From Squalus acanthias (lineage: Eukaryota): a stretch of 64,000 bases of DNA. Location of the stretch: the NCBI GenBank assembly GCA_030390025.1, contig CM059432.1, positions 64,048,001 through 64,112,000 of the forward strand, in the 5' to 3' direction. The notes below the pieces were generated by a model. It saw nothing but the letters and a program-made list of their open reading frames with translations, was not told where the DNA came from and ran no database searches. Of the stretch, positions 12,157 through 24,331 are shown piece after piece (position 1 is the first letter of the stretch; every line of letters starts with the position of its first letter). The translations under genes were made by a program, and so were the position numbers.

Positions 12157-15100
12157 TGTTCAGTAATGTCCTTGAGGGAAGGAAATCTGCCGTCCTTACC
12201 TGGTCTGGCCTATATGTGACTCCAGACCCACAACAATGTGGTTGACTCTTAAATGCCCTCTGAAACAGCCTAGCAAGCCAGTCAGTTGTAACAAACTGCT
12301 ACGAAAACAGTAATAAGCATAAAACCGGACGGACCACCTGGCATCGACCTTGGCACCGGCTACGGACACGGCAACGGCGCACCCAGCCTAGTCGACCCTG
12401 CAAAGTCCTCTTCACCAACATCTGGGGATTTGTGCCAAAATTGGGAGAGCTGTCCCACAGACTAGTCAAGCAACAGCCTGACATAGTCATACTCACAGAA
12501 TCATACCTTTCAGCCAATGTCCTATACCCCTCCATCACCATCCCTGGATATGTCCTGTCTCACCAGCAGGACAGATCCACCAGGGGTGGCAGCACAGTGG
12601 TATACAGTTGGGAAGGAGTGGCCCTGGGAGTCCTCAACATTAACTCCGGACCCCATGAAGTCTCATGGCTTCAGGTCAAGCATGGGCATGGAAACCTCCT
12701 GCTGATTACCACCTACTGCCCTCCCTCAGCTGATGAATCAGTGCTCCACCATGCTGAACACCACTTGGAAGAAGCACTGAGAGTAGCAAGGGCACAGAAT
12801 GTACTCTGGGTGGGGGACTTCAATGTCCTTCATCAAGAGTGGCTCGGTAGCACCACTACTGACCTAGCTGGCCGAGTCCTGAAGGACATAGCTGCCAGTC
12901 TGGGCCTGCGACAGGAGGAGAGAGAACCAACACGAGGGAAAAACCTACTTGACCTCGTCCTCATCAATCTACCTGTCGCAGATGCATCTGCCCATGACAG
13001 TATGGGTAGCAATGACCACCGCACAGTCATTGTGGAGACGAAGTCCTGTCTTCACACTGAGGACACCCTCCATCGTGTTGTGTGGCACTACCACCGTGCT
13101 AACTGGAATAGATTCAGAACAGATCTAACAGCTCAAAACTGGACATCCATGAGGCACTGTGGGCCATCAGCAGCAGCAGAATTGTATTCCACCACAAGCT
13201 GTAACCTCATGGCCCAGCATATCCCTCACTCTACCATTACCATCAAGCCAGGGGACAAACCCTGGTTCAATAAGGAGTGTAGAAGAGCATGCCAGGAGCA
13301 GCACCAGGCGTACCTAAAAATAAGGTGCCAACCTGGGGAAGCTGCAACACAGACTACATGCATGCTAAAAAGCAGAAGCAGCATGCTATAGACAGGGCTA
13401 AGCGATCCCACAATCAACGGATCAGATCAAAGCTCTGCAGTCCTGCCACATCCAGTCGTGAATGGTGGTGGACCATTAAACAGCTAACGGGAGGAGGAGG
13501 CTCCATGAATATCCCCATCCTCAATGATGGTGGAGCCCAGCACGTGAGTGCAAAAGCCAAGGCTGAAGCGTTTGCAACCATCTTAAGCCAGAAGTGCCGA
13601 GTGGATGATCCATGTTGGCCTACTCCTGAGGTCCCCACCATCAGAGAAGCCAGTCTTCAGCCAAGTCGATTCACTCCATGTGATATCAAGAAACGGCTGA
13701 GCATACTGAATACAGCAAAGGCTATGGGCCCCGACAATATTCCGGCTATTGTGCTGACAACTTGTGCTCCAGAACTAGCCGCGCCTCTAGCCAAGCTGTT
13801 CCAGTACAGCTACAACACTGGCATCTATCCGACAATGTGGAAAACTGCCCAGGTATGTCCTGTCCACAAAAAGAAGGACAAATCCAATCTGGCCAATTAC
13901 GGCCCCATCAGTGAACTCTCAATCATCAACAAAGTGAGAGAAGGTGTCATCGACAGTGCTATCAAGTGGCACTTACTCACCAATAACCTGCTCACTGATG
14001 CCCAGTATGGGTTCTGCCAAGACCACTCGGCTCCCGACTTCATTACAGCCTTGGCCCAAACATGGACAAAGGAGCTGAATTCCAGAGGTGAGATGAGAGT
14101 GACTGCCCTTGACAACAAGGCAGTATTTGACCAAGTGTGGCATCAAGGAGCCCTAGTAAAACTGAAGTCAATGGTAATTGTGGGGAAAACTCTCCACTGG
14201 CTGGAGTCATACCTAGCACAAAGGAAGATGGTTATGGTGGTTGAAGGTCAATCATCACAGCCCAGGACATCGTTGCAGGAGTTCCTCAGGGCAGTGTCCT
14301 AGGCCCAACCATCTTCAGCTGCTTCATCAATGACCTTCCCTCCAACATAAGGTCAGAAATGGTGATGTTCGCTGATGACTGCACAGTGTTCAGTGCCATT
14401 CACAACTCCTCAGATAATGAAGCAGTCCATGCCCGCATACAACAAGACCTCGACGATGTTCAGGCTTGGGCTGATAAGTGGCAGGTAACATTCGTGCCAC
14501 AGAAGTGCCAGGCAATGACTATCTCCAACAAGCGAGAGTCTAACCACCACCCCTTGACATTCAACGGCATTACCATTGCCAAATCCCCCACCATCAACAT
14601 CCTGGGGTGTCACCATTGACCAGAAACTTAACTGGACCAGCCACATAAATACTGTGGCTACAAGAGCAGGTCAGAGGCTAGGTATTATGTAGTGAGTGTC
14701 TCACCTCCTGACTCCCCAAAGCCTTTCCACCATCTACAAGGCACAAGTCAGGAGTGTAATGGAATCCTCTCCACCTGCCTGGATGAGTGCAGCTCCAACA
14801 ACACTCAAGAAGCTCAACACCATCAAGGACAAAGCAGCCCGCTTGATTGGCACCACATCCACCACCTTAAACATTCACTCCCTCTACCACCGGCGTACCG
14901 TGGCTGCACTGTACCATTTACAAGATGCACTGCAGCAACTCGCCAAGGCTTCTTCAGCAGCACCTCCCAAACCTGCGACTTCTTCCACCTAGAAGGATAA
15001 GGGCAGCAGGCGCATGGGAACACCACCACCTCGAAGTTCCTCTCCAAGTCACACACCATCCTGACTTAGAAGTATATCATCGATCCTTCATCGTCGCTGG

Positions 15101-15283
15101 GTCAAAATCCTGGAACTCCCTACCTAACAGCACTGTGGGAGTACCTTCACCACAAGGACTGCAGCAGTTCAAGAAGGTGGCTCACCACCACCTTTTCAAG
15201 GGCAATTAGGGTTGGGCAATAAATGCTGGCCTTGCCAGCGACACCCACATCACATAAACAAATACAAAAATAAATTTTAAAAA
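12157..15283 (+). mobile_element. CR1/L2-group (Jockey group) LINE with a single APE-RT ORF, frameshifted, A-rich tail
   Basis: APE motifs NIWG, DIVILTESYL, VGDFNV, LDLVL, NDH. RT motifs [24 protein letters not shown]. Ends with AATAAA plus an A-rich tail. 1-2 bp duplication (AC) at the junctions. Confidence 0.92.
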
Positions 15284-15730
15284 ACCTCCTTGGTGAAGCG
15301 GAGCCTCCAAATACACTGCTCCTCGCTTAAATGGATATAAGAGAAGTGCTCTCGGAAGACCCTAGGTGGTTAAGGCCTCCAGTTGAGAGCCCTCCTGGCC
15401 CTCCTCCTCCCTCTGCGAGCATCTTCTCGTCTTCGTTGCCTCCGCTCCCTCTCCCTAAGATGCTCAAGCACAAGGGGGACTGCCAGTAGAGCTCCCATGA
15501 CTGTGAGCAAGAGTTGTGAGCAGAAGCCTTTGAATAAGAATGAAGGCGTTCTCCCCTTGCAACCTTAGAACCTTGGAAGAAGTTAGTAAAGCTGCTGGAG
15601 TTGCAGAAAGTTGCACAGAGCCAGTCAAACTGAACAAACATGTCAGCTGCAAGTTGTTGCTGATGATGCTGCCATTTTTTTGCCCGCATCTGGTCGGAAC
15701 GGGTGACGCTGAACCCCGAATTTTTAGCCC

Positions 15731-16540
15731 ATTATCTTCGGTCCCAGTCACAAACTCCATTGCCTAGCAACCAACTCCATCCCTCTCCCTGGCAACTGTC
15801 TGAGGCTGAACCAGACTCTTCGCAACTTCGGTGTCGTATTTGACCCCGCGATGAGCTTCTGACCACATATCAGCGCCATCACTAAGACCGCCTATTTCCA
15901 CCTCCATAACATCGCCCGACTCCGCCCCGCCTCAGCTCATCTGCTGCTGAAACCCTCATCCAAGCCTTTGTACCTCTAGACTTGACTATTCCAATGCACT
16001 CCTGGGCAGCCGCCCATCTTCTACCCTCCTGAAACTTAAGCCCATCCAAAACTCTGCTTCCTGTATCTTAGCTCGCACCAAGTCTCGTTTACCCAGCACC
16101 CAGGTGCTCGCTGACTTACATTGGCTCCCGGTTGAACAACACCTCGATTTTAAAATTCTCATCTTTGTTTTGAAATCCCTCCATGGCCTTGCCCCTCCCT
16201 ATCTCTGTAACCTCCTCCAGCTCTACAACCCTCAGATATCTGCGCTCCTCCAATTCTGGCCTCTTGCATATTTTAATCGCTCCACCATTGGCGGCCATGC
16301 CTTCAGCTGCCATAGCCCTAAGCTCTGGAATTCCCTCCCTAAGCCTATCCAACTCTCTACCTCTCTCTCCTCCTTTTAGACGCTCCTTAAAACCTACCTC
16401 TTTGAACAAACTTTTGGTCATCTGCTCTAATATCTCCTTATGTGGCTTGGTGTCAAATTTTGTTTGCTAATGCTCCTGTGAAGCGCTTTGAGACATTTTA
16501 TTATGTGAAAAGGCGCTATATAAATACAAGTTGTTGTTGT
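15731..16540 (+). mobile_element. L2 LINE 3' part
   Basis: LADLHWLPV..DFKIL, APPYL and PKLWNSLP motifs. Tail GGCGCTATATAAATACAAG(TTG)n. Confidence 0.9.
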
Positions 16541-17447
16541 AGCAGAGGAAAGGGACCTAAGAGAAAAGGACCTAAGAGTGAGGGTCAGGAGACGGAGGGA
16601 GTAAGCCTTATGCCTGTTTCTTGCCCGATTCCTTCTGCCCAATTATTTCCCAACAAATCAATTTTTAGTACACAAAGGCCTCTAACACTTAATGTACGAT
16701 AAGATTATGAGATCATTACAAATTCATCCATCTGGAGAGACCCTATCATCCTCCCACTGTAGGATCCAATTATTTCTTAAATGATTCTCCGTCACAAACA
16801 AGAGTAAACAGTAGTATAATGATTACGTGCATCCACCAGGATCATATTGGAAAAGATGACTGGTTGCTTGGGACCAGTCCTGCCTCCTTGGGATGGAGAT
16901 GGCCCTGTACCTCCTAGTACTGAGTCACCAAATTGCTGGTGCCCAATCTGATGCTCCTGATGCCACCTGATTTCTGGCACACGTTATGTGATTTTGAGTA
17001 GAATGGCTGGGTGAGAAGGATGTGAGTAAGGTAGGGTCCTGTGAGGTCCTGGGCTCTTTGCATCAATGTTATCTGCTTCTGAGTCTTGCTGGATGCTTTT
17101 GGTAACAGAAGAGGAACATGTGTTACAATGCAGGTAAAGGTGTGTAACGGGATTTACACGGCAAGCTATTGTGGGGGCAATTTTGACTCAGACAGACATC
17201 AGGCGTGTGCTGTGCAGGACGATCGCATCAACTTATTTTGGTGATTGGGCTTCATTATATTAAAATCATCAAGCTGCTGATTGCTATTCAGTGCTGGAAT
17301 GTTTGCATGTGTGGATATCATTTGAAGACAGAAGCAGGCTCAGCTGTGCAACCCATGGTTGAATAACCTACCGACACTCCGTATGGACTCAACATGGACG
17401 CAATAAATACTTATTTTACTGTTGACTTTACAGATAAATATTTATGA

Positions 17448-17735
17448 TTCACAGATTTAAGGTAATTGGCAAACGAGCCAGAGGTGAGAATGAAGAATTA
17501 CGCAGCGAGTTGTTATGATCTGGAATGCACTGCCTGAAACAGTGATTGATGGAAGCAGATTCAATAGTAACTTTCAATATGGAATTGAATAAATACTTGA
17601 AGGGGAGAAAATTGCAGCGCTATGGAGAAAGAGCATGTGAGTGGGACTAATTGGATAGCTCTACCAAAGATCCAGCACGGGCACCATGGGCCGAATGGCC
17701 TCCTTCTGTGCTGTAAGATTCTGATTCTATGATTA
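17448..17735 (+). mobile_element. CR1 3' fragment
   Basis: QRVVMIWNALP-coding stretch, GGCCGAATGGCC 3' UTR motif and TTCTATGA tail. Confidence 0.8.
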
Positions 17736-18889
17736 TTTATAAATCTTTACACCTGAATTGATGCTTATAGGATTTTTAAGATGCTGACTGAGGTGAAAGT
17801 AGCCTCACATGACTGTGGCAAATATTGAAGCATAATTCATTTTCCAGACAGTATACTGACTCAGTGTGTAACTGGGATCCTTATCCTACTGGGGAAGAAA
17901 TCCAACCAATATTAAATTTGTGACTTCACTCAGGGAATAAAAATGTTTTGCAGTTACCTCTTGAGTGTTCTTGATGTCAGTCAGTCCTCGACACCTATTA
18001 ATTCGGTATGATGCACTCTATCTCCAAAGGAGAAAGGAAAGCATCTAAGCTCTGCATACATCACATTGATTTCAGTTTTTGAAAGGTGGGCTACAATGAC
18101 TGTTACTTTATCAGGTAAAGAATTTAGAATTTTAATTAGAATTTGTTCTGAAAAATGGTGGTTTTATTTAGCTGGCTTGTGTATGTGCAGTTGCATCATT
18201 AACACCTTGCAAGTTAAATTTATTCCATTATTATTTAAATCACAAAGAAACTAAAATGTGCTCTTTATTTTATGCTGGCTAGACTGCCGACCATGTATGA
18301 TTCCATATATAATCCCTGCCTGTGTACTGCAGCATGGTAATTGCCTCTGTTTGGATGTTTGTACAAATGCATCTTAGTGCTTTGTGCCCTGTTAAACATT
18401 TTGAAAACAGAAATATTAAATGTAAAACATAAATTGGAATATTTTTGCAAAGGTGTAAGGGCTTTTGGCAACAATAAACGGTAGCAGGAAGATATTCCGG
18501 AGCTGTATGAGGTGTGGGGCAGTAGACTATAGCATTATGGCAACTGTAACCTTTAAACCTGTTGATACAATGGCCTGAATTTCATTTCCCATGTGTGCAC
18601 TGGCACCTACACTGAACCATGATGCCTTGAGGCACTGTTTTGACTAAATTACTTGATTATAAAAAGCTTTGTTTCACACCACTGAACACATTTTAATGAT
18701 CTAATTTGAAACCACTTCCGAATTGTCGAAGAGTAATTTGCCTGACATGTCGCAGTACAAATACTAAGGCGATTTTCTCCCTGGATCAAAAGTGAAGGAT
18801 CTGTTAAACAAAATTTTAAAAAAATTAAGTGGGCTTCTCAACACCTGTCAGCTGTACACAAGTATTGTTTATCACTACCTATGGTTTAG

Positions 18890-20250
18890 TTGATAAATGC
18901 ACTGCATACTGTGGTACTGAGTCACGTAGGCCAGGGAAGCCCTAGATTTGAACTACTGGTCTAGTGAGAATGCTAATATTGGCCTGGCTTGGGGGTGAAA
19001 AAGCAGCTATGGTCAAGCAAGGCTGTGTCATCGCACCAATGCTCTTCTCGATCTTCCTTGCTGCAATGCTCCATCTCACCCTCAGTAAGCTCCCCGCTGG
19101 AGTGGAGCTAATTTACAGAACAAACGGGAAACTGTTCAACCTCCGTCGCCGCCAGCCCAGATCCAAGGTCGTCCCATCCTCTGTCGTCGAATTACAGTAT
19201 GCAGACGACGCTTGCGTCTGCGCACACTCAGAGGTCGAACTCCAAACCATCGTCAACACCTTCACCGAAGCGTACGAGAGCATGGGCCTTACACTAAACA
19301 TCCGTAAGACAAAGGTCCTCTACCAGCCTGCCCCCGCCACACAGTACTGCCCCCCGATTATCAAAATCCACGACAAGGCCTTGGACAACGTGGACCACTT
19401 TCCATACCTCGGGAGCCTACTGTCAACAAGAGCAGATGTCGACGACGAAGTCCGACACCGCCTTCAGTGTGCCAGTACAGCCTTTGGTCGCCTGAGGAAG
19501 AGAGTGTTTGAAGACCAGGACCTCAAACCCGGCACTAAGCTCATGGTCTACAGAGCAGCAGTGATACCCGCCCTGCTGTATGCCTCAGAGACATGGACCA
19601 TGTACAGCAGGCACCTCAAAGCACTGGAGAGGTACCACCAACGCTGCCTCCGCAAGATCCTGCAAATCCATTGGCAGGATAGGCGCACCAACGTCAGTGT
19701 TCTTGCTCAGGCCAACATCCCCAGCATCGAAGCTTTAATCACGCTCGATCAGCTCCGATGGACGGGTCACATTGTCTGCATGCCCGATACGAGACTCCCA
19801 AACCAAGCGCTCTACTCGGAGCTCCGGCACGGCAAGAGAGCCCCAGGTGGGCAGAGAAACGCTTCAAGGACACCCTCAAAGCCTCCTTGAAAAAGTGTAA
19901 CATTCCCACCGACACCTGGGAATCCCTGGCCCAAGACCGCACAAAGTGGAGGAGAAGCATCCGGGAAGGCGCCGAAACACCTCGAGTCTCTTCGCCGGGA
20001 GCAAGCGGAAGCCAAGCGCAGTCAGCGTAAGGAGCGCACGTCAACCCAAGCACCCCACCCACCTGCCCCTTCAACCACTGTCTGCCCCACCTGTGACAGA
20101 GACTGTAGGTCCCGCATTGGACTCATCAGTCATCTGCGAACTCATTTTTAATGTGGAAGCAAGTCATCCTCGGTTCCGAGGGACTGCCTAAGAAGAAGAA
20201 GGATGGTTCCTTGACCTGATTGCTATGCAGTTACCCCTGCTGGAAAGTAG
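18890..20250 (+). mobile_element. Old tRNA-type SINE split by an RTE insertion (pieces 18890-19010 and 20203-20250)
   Basis: The halves join into AAAAGCAGCTAT-GGTTCC..CTGATTGCTATGCAGTTACCCCTGCTGGAAAGT, similar to the copy at 46975-47030. Confidence 0.55.
19011..20202 (+). mobile_element. RTE-clade LINE, 5'-truncated, young
   Basis: VKQGCVIAP, YADD, FPYLGS and LLYASETW motifs. C-terminal CPTC..HLRTH zinc knuckle. (AAG)n tail. ATGGT duplicated at 19009 and 20203. Confidence 0.93.
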
Positions 20251-20476
20251 ATGGAGCAATTTTTGTCTTGCTGCCACCCCGTTTACACCTAAAAATGAAA
20301 TGGTAGCAAATGAAAATGAAGCAGAGAACAAAACTGCTGATTTACCACTGGTTGGCCAGCCCTTCCCATTTTTTGGGTGGACCTCGATTCAGGCAGCCAG
20401 AACTCCCACCTCAAAGAGACGGGTGCCTCATGAATATGTACAAATCAGAGTCAAATGATGATGTCAGACCCCTAAT

Positions 20477-21498
20477 TTGGGTTCCCAACCCTCCCAGAAT
20501 CGGAGGCTCCTCCCCAAGCACTGCCTCCAGCAGCCCGGGAGATTTAGCAATTTAAATTTCCCGTTGCAGTACGAACACCTCCTCTCCATGACGTCACCAG
20601 CTGCTGTTAGAGAAGCCTCAGGCTCGGTGACATCACCTACAGAGAGCCACGAATGCGTGGAGTGCAGTTGGCAGAGGGCTGGAGAGTCGGGAATTGGGAG
20701 GGCTTAGGAATCGTGGGTGTTGGCATTCGGGGCTGTCGGCATTCGGGATGTCTGACATTCGGGAAGTCTCGGCATTCGAGGGGGGATCTCTGACATGGGA
20801 GGATTGACTCTGACAAGGTGGGGTCTCTGACACGGTGGGGGTTCCTCAGTTTCCCCTCTTCCCCTGCTCACTGATCTACATCGGCTCCCAATTTGGCAAT
20901 GCTTCGATTCTAAAATTCTCATCCTTGTTTTCAAATAATTTCTCCTTCTCTCTGTAACATTCCCCAGCCCTACAACCCTCCGAGATATCTGCGCTCCTCC
21001 AATTCTGGCCTCTTGTGCATCTACGATATTCATTGCTCCACCATTGGTGGGCGTGCCTTTAGCTGCCTAGGCCCTAAGCTCTGGAATTCCCTCCCTAAAC
21101 CTCTCCGCCTCTCTAACTCTCTTTGCTCCTTTAAGATGCTCCTTAAAACCTACCTCTTTGACCTGTCCTAATATTTCTATTGTGGCGCAGTGTCAAATTT
21201 TGTTTGATAACGTCCCTGTGAAGCTCCTTGGGACGTTTTACTATGTTAAAGGCGCTATATAAATACAAGTTGATATTGTTCCTTACGGGTGGCCTGGTTC
21301 TTGGAACTTGTGCAACAGCAGCTGGCGCAAAACTCAACTAAAGAGGACCCTAACTTTATAAGGTAAATGCAATAACATTTGTAGAAGTCATGTGATCAGG
21401 TGTCACATGATCTGGCATCTCATGGTCAGCTGTCATGTGATCAGAATGTCACGTGATCCTACCTCCACGAATGCCTCCAACCAGAGTTGGCAACCCTA
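20477..21498. mobile_element. hAT-like MITE nested in the Harbinger relic, with short tandem repeats and an L2 fragment
   Basis: TTGGGTTCCCAAC / GTTGGCAACCCTA termini (TAGGGTTGCCAAC type). Imperfect 7-8 bp flanking duplication CCCCTAAT / CCCCAAT. (GGCATTCGGG)-like repeats at 20720-20830. Confidence 0.6.
20855..21280 (+). mobile_element. L2 LINE 3' fragment
   Basis: Close similarity to 16100-16540, including the GGCGCTATATAAATACAAG tail. Confidence 0.85.
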
Positions 21499-24331
21499 CC
21501 CCAATGCCATTTTCATCTCTGCTTGCATTGCTACCACCAGTTCTTCTTCCCATCCATAACCATGTACAAGTCAGGAGGCAGCCATTTACAGAGATGTTAA
21601 AAGGAATCCTCATCTGCTCTCAGCTAAAATGCTGGAAGTTTTGGGAGATATTTTTCTTGTATTATATTGTGGTTGTTGGCTACTTAGGCCATTTCAAAGT
21701 GCTTGTAGTGACTGTAGATCATTCTGAACTCAAAGGGCTTCTAGCAATGCACCTTTTTCTTCATGAGGGTTTTTTCCAGTATTTCCACTCTGGCAAGAGG
21801 AGGAGAAGAAGGAGCAGCAGGAGGAAGAGTGGCAGCTGCAAGGAGAACAAATAGAAGGAAGCGTGCTTGCGGGAATATTCCCAACAGAGCTTATAGGTTC
21901 AGGACAACATACCTGAGAAGCAGTGCATCAGGAGGTTCTGCTTCTTTAAGGAAGCTGTGACAAAGTTGTGTCATCTCCTGCAACCAGCAGCTAGCACAGT
22001 ATTGCTTGTAGTAGTCAACATCACTGCAGCCCTCAACTTCTTTGCCCCTGGCTCCTTCCACACTGCCACGGGGGTTATCAGTAACATCAGTCAGCCTGCA
22101 GTTCATGCTTGCATTAAGCAGGTGACTAATGCCGTGTTCGCTAAAGCAAACACTTCCATCATTTCCCATGAACAACTGAAAGCAACAGGATATGGGTCTG
22201 CAGCTGGGACAATACATGGAGCCACCATTGGATGAGGATTTTCAGCATGATGAGGGAGATGACACTGATGACACAGGTAACAGTAAGGAAGCATTAGGAT
22301 TTCAACAGTTGCCTGCAGCCAGAGCTCTTCGAAAACAGCTCAATAAAGAGCACTGAACAATCCCTGCTGCCCTGCATTAACAGTCATGACCTACATCTGT
22401 CCAGTCCTTCCACCCTCAAATACACTGCATCTATCCAAAGACCAACATTGATATTCATGCCAACTAACATTGCAGGGTCCCCAGCTACTACAGGAACACT
22501 CTCTGCACACAAAGATTTCATAAACGTTTATAATTTTACTGGCTTATATAAATGCCTAAACTAATTATCACCTTGGCCTGGGCCTCTATACCTGTTATAA
22601 GAGCTCTCGTACTTATTTTAGCACTCCCCAGTAGCTTCAGCATGGGAGATGGACAGCTGCTGTGGCTTAGTCAAGGGCTCTTGCAAGGCCTGAGACTATC
22701 TGATGGACCTAGAAAAGGGGAGAGGGACAAGGGTTTGTATGTAGTGGCAAGGGTAAGCAGTCTCAGATGAGTGGCAGTGCAACGGATCACTAGGTTGTCA
22801 TGCTAAGTGTGTGAGTGAGAAAATCGAGAAAAGGGAGGGAAGATGCCCAAATACTCTGCTATATGTGGCCTTCAGCCTTGCCATCTCCAATGCTGTGTGC
22901 CCCCGCTCTGCCAATTATGTTAATGGCTGCCTCCTCCATTGGTGTCAGGATGTGTATTGAGGCAGGACCTCCTCTTTTGGGGTTTATTTCAGTGGGGTCA
23001 GCAGAAGATATACTTGTTTTCTAGGTGTTATACACCCAGTGTTTCTTCTTCTGCAATAATCCAAGCGCTGTGGATTGCTACACAATGAAGGCACATGGCT
23101 GATTCCTGGATTACTGATGTTTCTGTGGACAGATACCATCTGAACATTAATTGAGTGCAAACCTTATTGTTCACATGGGCCACGGGGTGTATATGAGAAG
23201 GTCTGATGCTCACATGGGTGCCATCTATAATGCTCTATCCTTGAGGAACCCTGCCACTTGGTGAAAGCACTGAGCCTTGTCTAGCTCATACCTCCTGTGC
23301 ACAAGTCAAGAAGGTATTGCCCACTGCAAATGTGGTATTTATCATTTGCTTGGTACAGGTGTGCACTGCAGAATGCCTCATGTGGCAGATGTGCCCAATG
23401 TTGGATTAGAAGTACCTAACAGCATGAAAGCTTCATGCTGTGGTAACCTTCTTTTCTACAGGAATAGCCATCTCTGTTCCAGATGTTGTCTACAAATGAT
23501 CCTAGATTGAACAGCTCCTTGTTCGGCACTCTTGTCAAGCAGAGGCAAAAGAAAACAAGTCTAGGTAGGTGTAATGGTTTCTATAAATGTAGATTCCGTG
23601 GTGGACAAAACACCTGCATTTGTTGCCTCCTCATGAATTTGTCTTCCTTATCTGAATCATGCAGTTCTATCGGAACTCCCAAATGAATTCCCATCTTTAC
23701 CACTTTGTAAGTTACTATTTGAATGACAGCATCGAAAAAGAATTATGAAAGGAAGTATTGGCAAAAGAATATAAAAATGGTGGGTTACCGAGCAAAACCA
23801 ACTATTGCATGGAGAAAATTGGAGTAAAATTTAACAGAAAATATTTTTAAAATAAGCAACATTGACCTACCTTTATGCAGTCTACTTAAGCAGACCAGGG
23901 CCTAGGGTCTCTAGTGAACCCATTTAATGTGGGTGGAGTCTCGACAAATTCAGGAAATTCACGTTGGGATGGAATTTGAATGAAAGTCACTCTTCAATGA
24001 GCTCGTGCGTGGCAATAATGCAGCCTCATTTTCTCTTCCAAACTATGCTTTGGAAAACCAGACAAGATACAATTTATGTGCGAGGTCAGAGGCTGATTTT
24101 TAAACTTGCGCCATCTGACACCGAGGCTCCACACATCAGTTGTGTTGCAGAGCAATAAGAAATTGGGGCTCTACTGTTAGTTGAGTCTTTGTCACTTTAA
24201 AGATGTGTAATTGAAATAGTTCAATTTGTAACTTTCCACCTCCCACAGAATCAATCAGCTTCATTAACCTCCCAGAAAGATGCAAGAACATTAGAGTAGT
24301 GATATTGGGGGACTACAATTATACTAATACG

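Larger units (their letters stand above)
10979..15498 (-). pseudogene. Harbinger DDE transposase (HARBI1-like), split by a LINE (12157-15283) and a solo LTR (11468-11686)
   Basis: Starts MGALLAVP at 15498. LSEEQCIWRLRFTKE|VVTELCHLLQ rejoins across the LINE. Also ALNFFAS, GFPMVQGVIDYTH, NRK, PGSNHDAF, YNESHASTRNIIEQTIGLLKQRFRCL, VCCMLH and an acidic tail. Confidence 0.92.
8838..15730. mobile_element. Two-gene Harbinger (PIF/Harbinger) DNA transposon, decayed, with nested insertions
   Basis: Convergent Myb/SANT gene (+) and HARBI1-type transposase (-). Right TIR TTTTTAGCCC ends at 15730. Probable left TIR GGGCTAAAA at 8838 (less certain). Confidence 0.85.
20252..23700. mobile_element. Old decayed Harbinger element (transposase remnant on + at about 21800-22350)
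   Basis: VTKLCHLLQP..ITAALNFFAPGSF..ISNISQPAVHACIKQVTNAVF matches the N-terminal part of the transposase at 11728-12156. Outer limits approximate. Confidence 0.65.

Noticed and set aside
17958..18017. Minus-strand 60-nt exon candidate (SASYRINRCRGLTDIKNTQE)
   Set aside because: Splice signals are plausible, but the peptide is not recognised, no partner exons were found, and it conflicts with plus-strand candidates at the same place.
20690..20840. Short periodic repeats suggestive of a CRISPR-like array
   Set aside because: Degenerate 10-20 bp minisatellite inside a MITE, with no unique spacers, in a eukaryotic context.
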